Shown piece after piece: positions 30,601 to 40,181 of a DNA stretch of 64,000 nt. The stretch comes from Acidobacteriota bacterium. Lineage in GTDB: Bacteria > Acidobacteriota > Vicinamibacteria > Vicinamibacterales > SCN-69-37. Both the position numbers and the translations under genes were made by a program. Below the pieces are notes generated by a model. The model was not told where the DNA came from, did no database searches, and saw nothing but the letters and a program-made list of their open reading frames with translations. How positions within the stretch are numbered: position 1 is the first letter of the stretch; each line of letters begins with the position of its first letter. Where the stretch lies: assembly GCA_947467605.1 (NCBI GenBank), contig CANIII010000001.1, positions 125,241 to 189,240 of the forward strand, read 5' to 3'.

Positions 30601-31797
30601 GAAACGGCCATTGGTCCACGTCATGACGTTCCGCCCCGTCGCGCGGCCGGCCAAGCGCAGCACCGGCCACTCCAGGCTGTCGCTGAACTCGGTGAGATCG
30701 ACGTTTTCGTATTTCACGTCCCAGGTCGCCGTCGGCGGTTCGGGATTGCCGAGCGGCGCGAGCCGATACGCCTGCACGGCGTGGCCCCCGTTGAAATCCG
30801 ACTGCATGTTGGTGACATCGAGCAGCTTCGGCATCCATTTCACCGAGCCCACCACATTCGGAAAACGATAATGCCCAAACGTCGTCTGCACCCCGAACAG
30901 CGGGCTGCGGAACTGCCCGTTGAGTTCGTAGCCACCTTTATATTTGTGGAACGTCCCGTCGAGCGTGCCGCGGCCGTCGAGTTCGAAATGACTGCCGTCA
31001 AAGAAGATGCGACGCATTTCGGGCCACTGAATCTGCGACACGAGGGTGTAGTGCTGCTCGGGCCAGTGACCGAAATCCACCGTGCCGACCAGCTGCGACA
31101 CGGCGCCATCGGTCTTCAGATCCACGCGATGCAACTTCATCAAGCCATCTTCGATCTTGAATCCAGCATCGACATCGGCGGTCATCGGCAGATACTGCTG
31201 AATCGCAATCGTGCCGTTCGTAAAGTGCGTTTTGCCGTAGTACGTCCCGAGCGCGCGCACGACGACCACCGACAAGTTGCGACAGACGACGCTCCAGTGC
31301 GTGTCGTGATCCTGATAGCTGAACTCACTGTCGTCAACGATGATCTGCCGGGTCGTGGTCGTGAAGGGCGCAGGGCCACCGTTGCCCTTGACGGGCTTCG
31401 GCACGTTGTTGAAATCGTTTGGCCACGATTCAATCGCGACGTTCAAACCCGAAATGCGCACGTGATCGATCACGAGCGCGCGTGTGAACACCGTCCACCA
31501 CGGTGCACTGACCGCCACGCGTCGGATGCGCGCGAAGGGCTTGTCCTCGGGTTTGAGGCTTTCGATGACGATGTCGTTCAGTTCAAATTCGCCGCGAGCC
31601 ACCAGGGCGCGAATTTTTCCGATGTGGACCGGTCGTTGCAGATACTTCGAGGCCTGCCGTTCGGCCACACCTCGCACCTCGGGCCCCAGATCAATCGCAA
31701 ACACACTGACCAGCACGCCGGCGATCACGGCCACGAGCACGCCAAGCACACGACGTCCCCAGCGGCGGACCACTATCGACCGGGCAGAGGACGTCAC
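27697..31797 (-). CDS. tamB: TamB/AsmA-like translocation and assembly module protein (DUF490 C-terminus)
   Basis: 1366 aa with a GTG start and an N-terminal membrane anchor (VLGVLVAVIAGVLVSVFAI). It is a long beta-rich protein. The C-terminal region (SDPQLPQIDIVSLLFG ... RVTLGKRVSDRVFVTYT ... VILLEYD) is typical of the TamB DUF490 domain. Its stop overlaps the bamA ATG by 1 nt. Confidence 0.85.
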   Translation of the reverse strand: MTSSARSIVVRRWGRRVLGVLVAVIAGVLVSVFAIDLGPEVRGVAERQASKYLQRPVHIGKIRALVARGEFELNDIVIESLKPEDKPFARIRRVAVSAPWWTVFTRALVIDHVRISGLNVAIESWPNDFNNVPKPVKGNGGPAPFTTTTRQIIVDDSEFSYQDHDTHWSVVCRNLSVVVVRALGTYYGKTHFTNGTIAIQQYLPMTADVDAGFKIEDGLMKLHRVDLKTDGAVSQLVGTVDFGHWPEQHYTLVSQIQWPEMRRIFFDGSHFELDGRGTLDGTFHKYKGGYELNGQFRSPLFGVQTTFGHYRFPNVVGSVKWMPKLLDVTNMQSDFNGGHAVQAYRLAPLGNPEPPTATWDVKYENVDLTEFSDSLEWPVLRLAGRATGRNVMTWTNGRFGATKVGDGEIASVAPDNAALTSPGLPDGIQPAPKEDPWDVSRRLSPYKVSGSVKYTWAPKYMEAAEGSWIATPRTYLGFHGRTEYGDNSLMPFHLTSTDLQESDRLLVELLGAFHSTSTPIEVGGVATFDGVMTKAFWKPHIEGTFSGDHLRYWDVDWGRTRGRAVIENEYADVTDATFERFGGTIVTSGRYSLGYPRKDRGQELDGRITITRWPIREFRHAFRMDDWPIDGLASAELHLYGGYDRPDGFGSLRFDESVAWKESFEWATASLRFEYAGVRTDGIELHKSTGIVRGAAFSDWHTSTYSFNFDGQRIPVESLDTWRFPQAPLSGLLQFTASGTGSSLDPTYEARGSIADLYAGDEGIGQVSSRLHYLKKTVVIDQLEAASPRLSISGAGRVAMNDELDAELSLRVTNTAIDPYLRLIAPQTKISPYASALVSGSVRVSGELMDLRYLSVDVTVDKADLRLFDYPLHNDGPIHMTFGDNTFHVGRMRLAGEDTQLDVTGDVSLTDEQVSIKTVGGANLAVLQAFFPDLRSSGAAEITASISGNMREPQFAGSATLTGGRLRHFALPHSFEDVRGRVLFDADGVRLDGVHGKLGGGDVELGGTIGLKGYLPDELNLTATGRNMTLRYPEGFQSRLNADLAVRGTMAAAELSGTVNVLHATMTRELDSEMGLLGFGAAEAVTSGGAITGTTADTGIPLTYEVQIIAPQTLRIDNALAHIVASGDLTVRGSYDHPSITGRVDINRGDATFQGNRYVVTRGAVEFTNPAAIEPVFDLEAETRIRVRNGNGFQYGQMYRVTVAVSGTTERLIPALSSDPQLPQIDIVSLLFGETDPTKLNEAELHALDASQRANVNLLQASAARLLTSPLSSQVGKVMERTLGVDTVQITPLLGLSDTAQLSPTARVTLGKRVSDRVFVTYTRALNTGRAEVILLEYDQNDQLSWVLSKNEDQSFALDFRVRHRF

Positions 31798-31843
31798 TAT
31801 CTCAGCTTATCTGGTTATCCGGAAAACGTAGGGCGGGCTCGGA

Positions 31844-32359
31844 CTACTCAATCACGACGAGCAGGCGGCCCGCTTCAACCGACTGGCCTTCGGCGACGAG
31901 GATTTCCTTGATGCGACCGGCCTTCGGCGCGCCCAGTTCGTTTTCCATCTTCATCGCTTCGACGACGACCACACCCTGCCGATGGGCCACTTCATCGCCG
32001 GGCTTCACGAGGATGCGGACCACGCGACCCGGCATGGGGGCCGTGATGCGCTGCGCGCCGGTCTTGGCGCCGCCACCGGATTCGCCGCGCTGATAGCGCC
32101 GGGCATCGACCCATGCGCTCACGTCGGCCGTCGGCAGTTGCACGAACCACTCACCGCCCGGACGATCCGTCAGTGCCACATCGACGCTGCGACCATCCGC
32201 AAACACGAGCGACAACCCCAGATCCGTCCGCCGCGCATCGACCGCGGCCGGCACACCATCAATCAAGACGCGAAACGCGCCGCCGGCTGGACCGGTCGCG
32301 CCGACTTTCTCGACGCTGACTTTGTGTGTGCGCTCGTTGATGTCGATTTCAAAGTGCAC
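31844..32359 (-). CDS. Biotin carboxyl carrier subunit (biotinyl/lipoyl domain)
   Basis: The C-terminal biotinylation motif is VVVEAMKMENEL, in a ~70-aa biotinyl domain. Confidence 0.85.
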   Translation of the reverse strand: MHFEIDINERTHKVSVEKVGATGPAGGAFRVLIDGVPAAVDARRTDLGLSLVFADGRSVDVALTDRPGGEWFVQLPTADVSAWVDARRYQRGESGGGAKTGAQRITAPMPGRVVRILVKPGDEVAHRQGVVVVEAMKMENELGAPKAGRIKEILVAEGQSVEAGRLLVVIE

Positions 32360-32361
32360 GG

Positions 32362-33879
32362 CTAGTTCCTCAGCCCTTCACGGAGCCCTGACTGCCGCCA
32401 CACGCCTGAAGTCGTCGGGGCCGCTGTGCCCGTCACGGCGCGATGCGCGCGGAACCACGACATCAACGCGACCGCCACCGTCGCGTCTCGTTCAGCCGCC
32501 GCATCTGCCACAGCAAAGACCTGCCCCTGACGCGTCTTCAATAAGTTGTCGAGATACGTCGTGTCAAAACGGCCCTCGAGAAACTCGGGCTGTTCGGTGA
32601 GCCACTGGAAGAATGGCGTGGTCGTCTTCACACCGACGACGCGGTATTCATCGAGCGCGCGCCGGAGTCGCGCGACGGCATCCGTGCGCGTGTCGCCCCA
32701 CACCACCAGCTTGGCAATCATAGAGTCGTAGAAGATCGGGATCTCGAATCCGGCGGTCACACCGCGGTCGTCACGAATGCCCGGGCCGCTCGGCGTGCTG
32801 AGCGCGCGCACGAGGCCGGGCGACGGCATGAAGCCCTTGTCCGGATCTTCGGCGTAGATCCGGCACTCGATCGCGTGCATGCGGGGTGTCAGGGCCTGCA
32901 CGGGATCAATCGTGAGTTTCTCGCCGAGCGCGATCCGCAATTGCCAATGTACCAGATCGATGCCGGTCACCTGCTCGGTCACCGGATGCTCGACCTGGAG
33001 ACGGGTGTTCATCTCGAGGAAGTAGAACTGTTCGTGCTCGTCGAGCAGAAACTCGATAGTGCCGGCGTTGGTGTAGCCGACCGATCGCGCGACCATTGCG
33101 GCACATTCGGCCATGGCCGTGCGGGTCTCGACGCTGAGCGCCAGCGACGGTGACTCCTCGACGACTTTCTGGTGGCGCCGCTGAATCGAACACTCGCGTT
33201 CGACAAACGGAATGACGGTGCCGTGATGATCACCGAGCAACTGAATTTCAATGTGGCGCGGCTTGATGATGCGGCGCTCGAGATAGACGGCGCTGTCGCC
33301 AAAGGCCGACCCCGCCTCAGATCGCGCCGTGCGCACCGACGGCAACAACTCCTCGGGTGTCGCGACGGTGCGCATGCCCTTGCCGCCGCCGCCTGACACG
33401 GCTTTGACAACGAGCGGATAGCCAATGCGCGCGGCTTCGCTCGTGATCCACGCGTCAGTCGCGTCATCGCCGAACGGATCCGCCGTGCCGGGCACGACTG
33501 GAACCCCGGCGGCGATCGCAGCCTGCCGTGCCGCCGTCTTGCTACCCATCAGCGCGATCACGTGCGGTGTCGGGCCCACAAACGTGAGGCCGGCATCCAC
33601 ACAGGCCTGACCAAACTCCTCGTTCTCCGCGAGAAACCCATACCCGGGATGCACGAGCGTGGCGCCCGAGCGCTTCGCGACGTCGAGGATCTTGTCGATG
33701 CGGAGGTAGCTCTCCGACGCCGGACTCGGCCCGATGTGAAAGGCCTCGTCGGCCAGGCGCACATGCAACGCATTGCGATCGCAGTCGGAGTAGACGGCAA
33801 CGGTGCCAAACCCGAGTTCTTTGCACGCGCGCATGACGCGGACGGCGATCTCACCGCGATTGGCGATCAGTACTTTCAT
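32362..33879 (-). CDS. accC: Biotin carboxylase subunit of acetyl/propionyl-CoA carboxylase
   Basis: MKVLIANRGEIAVRVMRACKELG ... ATP-grasp motifs (GGGGKGMR, EMNTRLQVEHPVTE). Confidence 0.9.
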   Translation of the reverse strand: MKVLIANRGEIAVRVMRACKELGFGTVAVYSDCDRNALHVRLADEAFHIGPSPASESYLRIDKILDVAKRSGATLVHPGYGFLAENEEFGQACVDAGLTFVGPTPHVIALMGSKTAARQAAIAAGVPVVPGTADPFGDDATDAWITSEAARIGYPLVVKAVSGGGGKGMRTVATPEELLPSVRTARSEAGSAFGDSAVYLERRIIKPRHIEIQLLGDHHGTVIPFVERECSIQRRHQKVVEESPSLALSVETRTAMAECAAMVARSVGYTNAGTIEFLLDEHEQFYFLEMNTRLQVEHPVTEQVTGIDLVHWQLRIALGEKLTIDPVQALTPRMHAIECRIYAEDPDKGFMPSPGLVRALSTPSGPGIRDDRGVTAGFEIPIFYDSMIAKLVVWGDTRTDAVARLRRALDEYRVVGVKTTTPFFQWLTEQPEFLEGRFDTTYLDNLLKTRQGQVFAVADAAAERDATVAVALMSWFRAHRAVTGTAAPTTSGVWRQSGLREGLRN

Positions 33880-33901
33880 GACGGCTGCCTCACGGATCGC
33901 C

Positions 33902-35443
33902 TCACAGCGGAATGTTTCCGTGCTTCTTCGGCGGATTCTTCTCGCGCTTGTTGGCGGTGCTCGCGAGCGCGGCGATCAGCTTCGTGCGCGTCTCGCGCGG
34001 CCGAATCACCTCATCGATGAAACCGCGTGACGCGGCGACAAATGGATTCGCAAACTTCTCACGGAACTCGGCCGTCTTCTCAGCGCGGAACGCCGCCGGA
34101 TCCGGTGCCTGCTCAATTTCGCGCCGATAGAGCACGTTCACGGCACCTTCCGAGCCCATCACGGCAATCTCCGCCTGCGGGAACGCGTAGTTGAAGTCGG
34201 TGCGCAGGTGCTTGCTCGCCATGACGCAGTACGCACCGCCGTAGGCCTTGCGCGTGATCACCGTAATTTTCGGCACCGTCGCTTCCGCGAATGCGTAGAG
34301 CAACTTCGCGCCGTGACGAATGATGCCGCCATGTTCCTGGCGCACACCCGGCAGGAAGCCCGGCACATCCTCGAACACGATCAGCGGAATATTGAAGGCG
34401 TCGCAGAACCGGACGAACCGTGCCGCTTTGACCGACGCGTCGATGTCGAGGCACCCGGCCAGCACGGACGGCTGGTTCGCGATCATGCCCACGGACTTGC
34501 CACCGAGACGCGCGAACCCCACGATGATGTTGAGCGCGTAGTGCTGGTGCACTTCCAGAAACGCCGCATCATCCACGACGGTGCGAATCAGGTCGTGCAT
34601 GTCGTACGGCTGATTGGGCTGGTCGGGGATGAGATGGTCGAGCGCCTCATCTTCTCTATCGTGCGGATCGGACGTCTCGAGAAACGGCGCCTCGTCGAGG
34701 TTATTTGACGGCAGGTAGCCGAGCAGATCGCGGATCGCCCGAATGCAGCTGCGATCGTCTTCAACCATAAAGTGCGCGACACCGCTCGTCGCGTTGTGCG
34801 TCATGGCGCCGCCAAGGTCTTCCTTGGTCACGTCCTCATGCGTCACGGTCTTGATGACGTCGGGCCCGGTCACGAACATGTAGCTCGAGCCTTCAATCAT
34901 GATGTTGAAGTCGGTGATCGCCGGTGAGTACACGGCACCACCCGCGCAGGGCCCCATGATCGCGGAGATCTGCGGGATCACCCCCGAGGCGAGTGTGTTC
35001 CTTAAAAAGATGTCGGCGTACCCGCCGAGCGAGAGCACGCCTTCCTGAATGCGCGCGCCGCCCGAATCGTTCAACCCGATCATCGGCGCGCCCATTTTCA
35101 TGGCGAGATCCATGACCTTCACGATCTTCTCGGCGTTGGTCTCCGACAGCGAACCGCCGAACACGGTGAAGTCTTGCGCGAACGCATAGACCGGTCGGCC
35201 ATCCACGCGACCGTGACCGGCCACGACGCCGTCGCCAGGAATCAACTGCTCATCCATGCCGAAGTCTCGGCACCGATGTGTGACGAGCTTGTCGATTTCC
35301 TCGAAGGTGCCCGGGTCGAACAGCAGCTCGATGCGCTCGCGCGCGGTGAGCTTGCCGGCGTCCTTCTGCCGCTTCAACCGATCGGCGCCCCCGCCGAGCT
35401 CGGCCTGACGCTCCAGCGCTTCGAGCTGCGTCAGATGATCCAT
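33902..35443 (-). CDS. Acyl-CoA carboxylase carboxyltransferase subunit (PccB / methylmalonyl-CoA carboxyltransferase 12S type)
   Basis: Track ORF trimmed to the Met at 35443 ([19 protein letters not shown]). [31 protein letters not shown] and GGAYCVM are typical of PccB. Its ATG overlaps the transaldolase stop by 1 nt. Confidence 0.9.
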   Translation of the reverse strand: MDHLTQLEALERQAELGGGADRLKRQKDAGKLTARERIELLFDPGTFEEIDKLVTHRCRDFGMDEQLIPGDGVVAGHGRVDGRPVYAFAQDFTVFGGSLSETNAEKIVKVMDLAMKMGAPMIGLNDSGGARIQEGVLSLGGYADIFLRNTLASGVIPQISAIMGPCAGGAVYSPAITDFNIMIEGSSYMFVTGPDVIKTVTHEDVTKEDLGGAMTHNATSGVAHFMVEDDRSCIRAIRDLLGYLPSNNLDEAPFLETSDPHDREDEALDHLIPDQPNQPYDMHDLIRTVVDDAAFLEVHQHYALNIIVGFARLGGKSVGMIANQPSVLAGCLDIDASVKAARFVRFCDAFNIPLIVFEDVPGFLPGVRQEHGGIIRHGAKLLYAFAEATVPKITVITRKAYGGAYCVMASKHLRTDFNYAFPQAEIAVMGSEGAVNVLYRREIEQAPDPAAFRAEKTAEFREKFANPFVAASRGFIDEVIRPRETRTKLIAALASTANKREKNPPKKHGNIPL

Positions 35444-36087
35444 TACTTTTTCGCCGCGGCCCAGTCTTTGAGGAACTTCTCGAGACCGATGTCGGTGAGC
35501 GGGTGCTTGAAGCACGCTTCGATCACCGACGCCGGGCACGTGCAGATATCAGCGCCCATGCGCGCGGCTTCCACGATGTGCATCGGCCCACGCACGCTCG
35601 CCACGAGGATCTCGGTCGCGAAGTCGTAGTTGGTGTAGATGTCGGAGATCTGCTGAATGAGCCCCATGCCGTCAGTGGCGATGTCATCGAGACGACCGAC
35701 GAACGGGCTGATGTACGCCGCGCCCACCTTCGCCGCAATCAGCGCCTGCGTCGGCGAGAAGCACAACGTGACGTTGACCTTGAAACCCTCATCGGCCAAC
35801 ACCTTGGTCGCCTTCACGCCTTCGCGCGTGAACGGAATCTTGATGACGATGTGCTCGTCGAGCGCGGCCCACTCGCGGCCTTCGGCGATCATGCCGGGCG
35901 CGTCGAGCGCGACGACTTCCGCGCTGACCGGCGCCTGCACGAGCTCGCAGATCTGCTTGATGATCTTGCGCGGATCGCCGCCTTCCTTCGCCATCAGGGA
36001 CGGGTTGGTGGTGACACCGTCGACAATGCCGAGCGGCACGAGCGATTCGATGTCTTTGATGTTGCCGGTATCCAGGAAGAATTTCAT
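35443..36087 (-). CDS. Fructose-6-phosphate aldolase / short transaldolase (type 3B)
   Basis: 214 aa. [31 protein letters not shown] ... IKIPFT (Schiff-base Lys region). Confidence 0.9.
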   Translation of the reverse strand: MKFFLDTGNIKDIESLVPLGIVDGVTTNPSLMAKEGGDPRKIIKQICELVQAPVSAEVVALDAPGMIAEGREWAALDEHIVIKIPFTREGVKATKVLADEGFKVNVTLCFSPTQALIAAKVGAAYISPFVGRLDDIATDGMGLIQQISDIYTNYDFATEILVASVRGPMHIVEAARMGADICTCPASVIEACFKHPLTDIGLEKFLKDWAAAKK

Positions 36088-36126
36088 CGTGTCCTCCCGC
36101 GGACCTGAAGGTCCGCGGCTCCAAAG

Positions 36127-36888
36127 CTACTGCCGCGCGACCACGGTGTTCGTGAGCGCGCCAATGCCTTCAACGTGAATGGTAACGGTGTCGCCTGGCA
36201 CAATCGGGCCAACGCCCGACGGTGTGCCGGTGGAAATGATGTCGCCGGGCAGGAGGGTCTGCATCTGCGAGATATAGGTAACGAGTTCCGGAATGGTGAA
36301 GATGAGTTCGCGCGTGCGCGAGTCTTGCCGCAAGTTGCCGTTCACATAGCAGCGGACCTGCAAGTCGCGCCCCTCGAGGCCCACGGCGATGCACGGGCCC
36401 ACGGGCGCGAACGTGTCGAAGCCCTTCGAACGCGTGTACTGGCCGTCCTTGTTCTGCAGATCGCGCGCCGTGACGTCGTTCACGCACGTGAGGCCGAGAA
36501 TGTAGTCGTTGGCTTTGGCGAGCGGCACGTTCGACGCGCGCTTGCCGATCACGATCGCCAGCTCGGCTTCGTGATGGATGCTGCCGGCCCAGGTCGGCAC
36601 CGCGATCGCGTCACCGGGGCCGATCACCGACGTCGACGGCTTGATGAACAGCAGCGGCTCGGGCGGCAGCGGCTTGCCCTGCTCGATCGCATGATCGCGA
36701 TAATTGAGACCGACGCACACGATCTTCGACGGCAGCACCGGCGCGAGCACCTTCTGCCCCTCCGATGGGATCTCGGCACCTTCTGTGAAGGCGCCGAACA
36801 GATCGCCTTCGAGGGCACGCCACGTCCCCTCGCGTTCAATCACGTAGCGCGATGACGCGCCATCTTGAATTCGATATACACGCATCAT
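36127..36888 (-). CDS. Fumarylacetoacetate hydrolase (FAH) family protein
   Basis: GLNYRDHAIE ... FIKPSTSVIGPGDAI ... HHEAELAIVIGK ... DVTARD ... KGFDTF is the FAH-family metal/active-site pattern. Confidence 0.85.
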   Translation of the reverse strand: MMRVYRIQDGASSRYVIEREGTWRALEGDLFGAFTEGAEIPSEGQKVLAPVLPSKIVCVGLNYRDHAIEQGKPLPPEPLLFIKPSTSVIGPGDAIAVPTWAGSIHHEAELAIVIGKRASNVPLAKANDYILGLTCVNDVTARDLQNKDGQYTRSKGFDTFAPVGPCIAVGLEGRDLQVRCYVNGNLRQDSRTRELIFTIPELVTYISQMQTLLPGDIISTGTPSGVGPIVPGDTVTIHVEGIGALTNTVVARQ

Positions 36889-36890
36889 GA

Positions 36891-38135
36891 TCAGCGTCCC
36901 GTCTCGTCCACGCGATTCGATTCCTTGCTGCGATTGCCCGGTTTCGCGCTGTCGACGGCAACCACCGCGTAGGTATACCGCACACCGGCGCGCGCCGCCG
37001 TATCGGTGAATGACGTGCCGGTCACCGGCGCGGCGAACAGCGGCTGCAGTGTCTCACTCGTGCCATCAGTGCGCAAGACGATGTAGCCGGCCAGATCCGT
37101 CGCGGTGACGCCGTCCCAGGTGAGCGCGATCGCACCTTCTGTGGCGAAGGCGACGAGATTGGTCGGCGGATCCGGCGGGAACTTGTCGTACGGATCCTCG
37201 CAGACGGTGTTGCTCGGCGCACTCTCAAACAGCAACGGCGCCGTGCCCGTCACGCCGCGCACGGTGAAGCAAATATGTGTACCGAACACCACCGGGCGTT
37301 TCAACTCGAGCGCGGCCAGTGGCGTCGCGTTGATCGGCTTGACGATCACCGGCACCTTGGCGGCCGGCGCGGCTGGCGTCGCTGTCCCCGGCGTGGCTGT
37401 TGGCGGCGACGGCGGCGTGGCGTCGTACACCTGCACCGTCTGCCCAGTCGCACCAGGGATCCACGACAACGTCAGCGTGTTCTCGTCGTAGGTGATTTTG
37501 GCGTTCTTCGGCGCGGGTGGTCCTGGCAGCAGCGGCACGCCAAACATGTCCGTCGAACCAATGCGCGTGCGATTCGCGTACGGCACGATCAGATAGAAGC
37601 GCGTGGTCGAGGGCAGAAACACGGATGCCGCCGCGACGGGCGCAGCCACGGGTGCGACGAGTCCGGGAATCTGACCCACCGCGATAGGCAGCGGCGCGAG
37701 CGTAATGCGCTGCGCGACGGACGCCACCTTCTCCGTAAACGACAACGGAATGGCGACCGGCGGTTCGTCCGGATCCGGCGCGGCATCGGTCGCCGCCTTC
37801 GGGGCCACAGGCGGACGCTGCCCGAGCACGGCGATGCGGTTCTGCGGCACAAACACTTTCTTGACCGTCGGGGTGAGCGTGCCGGCCTGCGCCGTCAGCG
37901 CGTACAACTCGATGCGATCGAACTCCAGCGGCAGCGAGCCGTCCACGTTGCGAATCGGCGTCAGAAAACTGATCGTGACGTCGTCATCATGACGGAGCAC
38001 CGAGATGCTCGTGACCTTGTCGGGCGCGGGCCGGAGCGGCGGCAGCGGCGGACCGCGCTTGCCGCACGCCGGGACCACGACGACCAACCCCACAAGCAGG
38101 AGCAGGCGCAGCGGGAGAGGCGAGAGACGACTCAC
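36891..38135 (-). CDS. Lipoprotein with C-terminal fibronectin type III-like domain (function unknown)
   Basis: The lipobox is LVVVVPAC, followed by GKRGPPLPP. It contains Pro/Ala/Thr-rich linkers. The C-terminal [11 protein letters not shown] ... LTWDGV ... GYIVLR ... YTYAVVAVD is Fn3-like. The GTG start overlaps the hslU stop (GTGA). Confidence 0.6.
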   Translation of the reverse strand: MSRLSPLPLRLLLLVGLVVVVPACGKRGPPLPPLRPAPDKVTSISVLRHDDDVTISFLTPIRNVDGSLPLEFDRIELYALTAQAGTLTPTVKKVFVPQNRIAVLGQRPPVAPKAATDAAPDPDEPPVAIPLSFTEKVASVAQRITLAPLPIAVGQIPGLVAPVAAPVAAASVFLPSTTRFYLIVPYANRTRIGSTDMFGVPLLPGPPAPKNAKITYDENTLTLSWIPGATGQTVQVYDATPPSPPTATPGTATPAAPAAKVPVIVKPINATPLAALELKRPVVFGTHICFTVRGVTGTAPLLFESAPSNTVCEDPYDKFPPDPPTNLVAFATEGAIALTWDGVTATDLAGYIVLRTDGTSETLQPLFAAPVTGTSFTDTAARAGVRYTYAVVAVDSAKPGNRSKESNRVDETGR

Positions 38136-39493
38136 AGGATGTACCGCGACAGGTCGTCGCTCTTCACGATGTCAGCGAGCATGCGGTCAACGTAGGCCGT
38201 GTCTATCGTAATCGATTGGCCGGAGAGCTCCGAGGCGTGAAACGACACCTCGTCGAGCAACCGCTCCATCATCGTGTGCAGACGACGGGCGCCGATGTTC
38301 TCCATGCGGTCGTTGACGACCGCTGCCAGTTCGGCCACACGGCCGATCGCATCGTCGGTGAAGACGAGCGTGAGTCCTTCGGTGGCCATCAGTGCGATGT
38401 ACTGACTGATGAGCGCGTTCTTTGGCTCGGTGAGGATGCGCACAAAGTCGTCGCGGCCGAGCGCCTCGAGCTCGACGCGGATGGGAAAGCGGCCCTGGAG
38501 CTCGGGAATCAGATCGGAGGGCTTCGAGACGTGAAACGCGCCGGCCGCCACAAAAAGGATGTGGTCCGTCTTGACCATCCCATGCTTCGTGTTCACCGTC
38601 GTACCTTCGACGATCGGCAGCAAGTCGCGCTGCACGCCGCCGCGACTGATGTCGGGGCCATTGCCGCCGTCGCGCCCGGCGATCTTGTCGATCTCGTCAA
38701 TGAAGATGATGCCGCTCTGCTCGACACGCTCGATCGCAGACTTCGTGACGCCGTCCATGTCGATGAGCTTGGCGGCTTCTTCCTGCGCCAGAACGTCGAG
38801 GGCCTCGGGGACCGGGATCTTGCGACGCTTGTTGCGGCCCTGGAACATCCCCGGCAACATGTCGCGCAGATTCACACCGATCTCTTCGATATTCGAGCCC
38901 GACACCAATTCGAACGACGACGTCGAGCGCTGCTGGACGTCAATTTCAACAACCCGGGCATCGAGTTTGCCGGCGTGCAACTGCTCGCGCAGTTTCTCGC
39001 GCGTGGACGTCGCGTGGTCGCGCGCGAGTTGCGCTTCGGTGGAGTGGTCGCCGAGCGGCGACGGCGCGACGTCCGACGCGGCTGGCGACGGCGGCAGCAG
39101 TAAGTCGAGCAGCCGCTCTTCCGCGGCCTGGCGGGCGCGCTCGCGCACATCGGTCTCGCGCGCGTCGCGCAACATCTTCACCGCGATCTCGACCAGATCG
39201 CGCACCATCGACTCGACGTCGCGACCGACGTAGCCGACTTCCGTGAACTTCGAGGCCTCGACCTTCACAAACGGCGACTGCGCCAACTTCGCGAGGCGCC
39301 GCGCGATCTCCGTCTTGCCGACACCGGTCGGCCCGATCATCAAGATATTCTTCGGCGCGACGTCTTCCGCCATCTCGGCCGGCAAGCGCTGACGTCGATG
39401 GCGATTGCGCAACGCAATGGCCATCGCGCGCTTGGCCTTGCCCTGCCCCACGACGTATTTGTCGAGCTCGGCAACGATTTCTCTCGGCGTCAC
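38132..39493 (-). CDS. hslU: ATP-dependent protease ATPase subunit HslU
   Basis: [31 protein letters not shown] ... Walker [16 protein letters not shown] ... [10 protein letters not shown]; full-length HslU pattern. Confidence 0.95.
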   Translation of the reverse strand: MTPREIVAELDKYVVGQGKAKRAMAIALRNRHRRQRLPAEMAEDVAPKNILMIGPTGVGKTEIARRLAKLAQSPFVKVEASKFTEVGYVGRDVESMVRDLVEIAVKMLRDARETDVRERARQAAEERLLDLLLPPSPAASDVAPSPLGDHSTEAQLARDHATSTREKLREQLHAGKLDARVVEIDVQQRSTSSFELVSGSNIEEIGVNLRDMLPGMFQGRNKRRKIPVPEALDVLAQEEAAKLIDMDGVTKSAIERVEQSGIIFIDEIDKIAGRDGGNGPDISRGGVQRDLLPIVEGTTVNTKHGMVKTDHILFVAAGAFHVSKPSDLIPELQGRFPIRVELEALGRDDFVRILTEPKNALISQYIALMATEGLTLVFTDDAIGRVAELAAVVNDRMENIGARRLHTMMERLLDEVSFHASELSGQSITIDTAYVDRMLADIVKSDDLSRYIL

Positions 39494-40044
39494 GTCAGCG
39501 ATTCCATCGTCACAGTGTGGTTTGTGTAGACGCAGATGTCTGCGGCGATCGACATCGACGCTTCCACAATCCCTTTCGCGTCGAGTGTGCTGTGTGTCGC
39601 GAGAGCCCGCGCCGCCGCCATGGCGTAGGCGCCGCCGGAGCCGATGCCCATGATGCCGTCATCGGGCTCGATGAGATCGCCCGTGCCGGAGAGCAGATAC
39701 ATGCCGCGCGTATCGGCGACGAGCAGCATCGCTTCGAGGCGACGCAGCGCGCGATCGGTGCGCCAGTCTTTCGCGAGCTCAACGGCCGCGCGTTCGAGCT
39801 GGCCGCGATGCTCCTCGAGCTTGGCTTCAAAGCGCGCGTACAGGGCAAAGCCATCGGCCGCGGATCCGGCGAACCCGGCGAGCACCTTGTCGTGAAAGAG
39901 TCGGCGGACCTTGCGGGCGCCATGCTTGACCACGGTCTGGCCCAGTGTCACCTGACCGTCGCTGGCCATCACTACGGTGCCTGCATGCCGCACCGCCAGC
40001 ACTGTGGTGGCGTGGACGCCACCTTGAATCCCGCCGTGAACCAT
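39490..40044 (-). CDS. hslV: ATP-dependent protease peptidase subunit HslV
   Basis: Track ORF trimmed to the Met at 40044. [23 protein letters not shown] shows the catalytic Thr region. Its stop overlaps the hslU start by 4 nt. Confidence 0.9.
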   Translation of the reverse strand: MVHGGIQGGVHATTVLAVRHAGTVVMASDGQVTLGQTVVKHGARKVRRLFHDKVLAGFAGSAADGFALYARFEAKLEEHRGQLERAAVELAKDWRTDRALRRLEAMLLVADTRGMYLLSGTGDLIEPDDGIMGIGSGGAYAMAAARALATHSTLDAKGIVEASMSIAADICVYTNHTVTMESLT

Positions 40045-40141
40045 GGTGGCGATTGTGTCAAACGTCCGTCCGGGAGGCCAGCTGTTGAGGACATCGGGCT
40101 GGATTTGGACCCAAAATGACCAGTTTTCGCCGCTGGCCGGG

Positions 40142-40157
40142 TGGCAGTAGAGTTGCA
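40142..40157 (+). promoter_or_regulatory. Sigma54 (-24/-12) promoter TGGCAG-TAGAG-TTGCA
   Basis: Read directly from the sequence. It matches TGGCAC-N5-TTGCW at 10 of the 11 specified consensus positions, with correct GG-N10-GC spacing. The predicted TSS is near 40168, leaving a 14-nt leader with a GGGGGA Shine-Dalgarno sequence 6 nt before the ATG at 40182. Confidence 0.65.
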
Positions 40158-40181
40158 ATTACAGAAGGCGGGGGACGAGAC

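Noticed and set aside
29620-31911. Very long ORFs antisense to recognised genes. Examples: 29620..31911 (+, 763 aa, opposite tamB), 21371..22816 (+, opposite nrdJ), 48344..49450 (-, opposite the NtrC-type gene), 6087..7289 (+, opposite cysNC), and 58261..59226 (-, opposite obg and nadD).
   Set aside because: They are Arg/Ala/Gly/His-rich with no motifs. Each fully overlaps a gene with clear family signatures on the other strand. Such stop-free antisense frames are the expected artefact of high-GC DNA.
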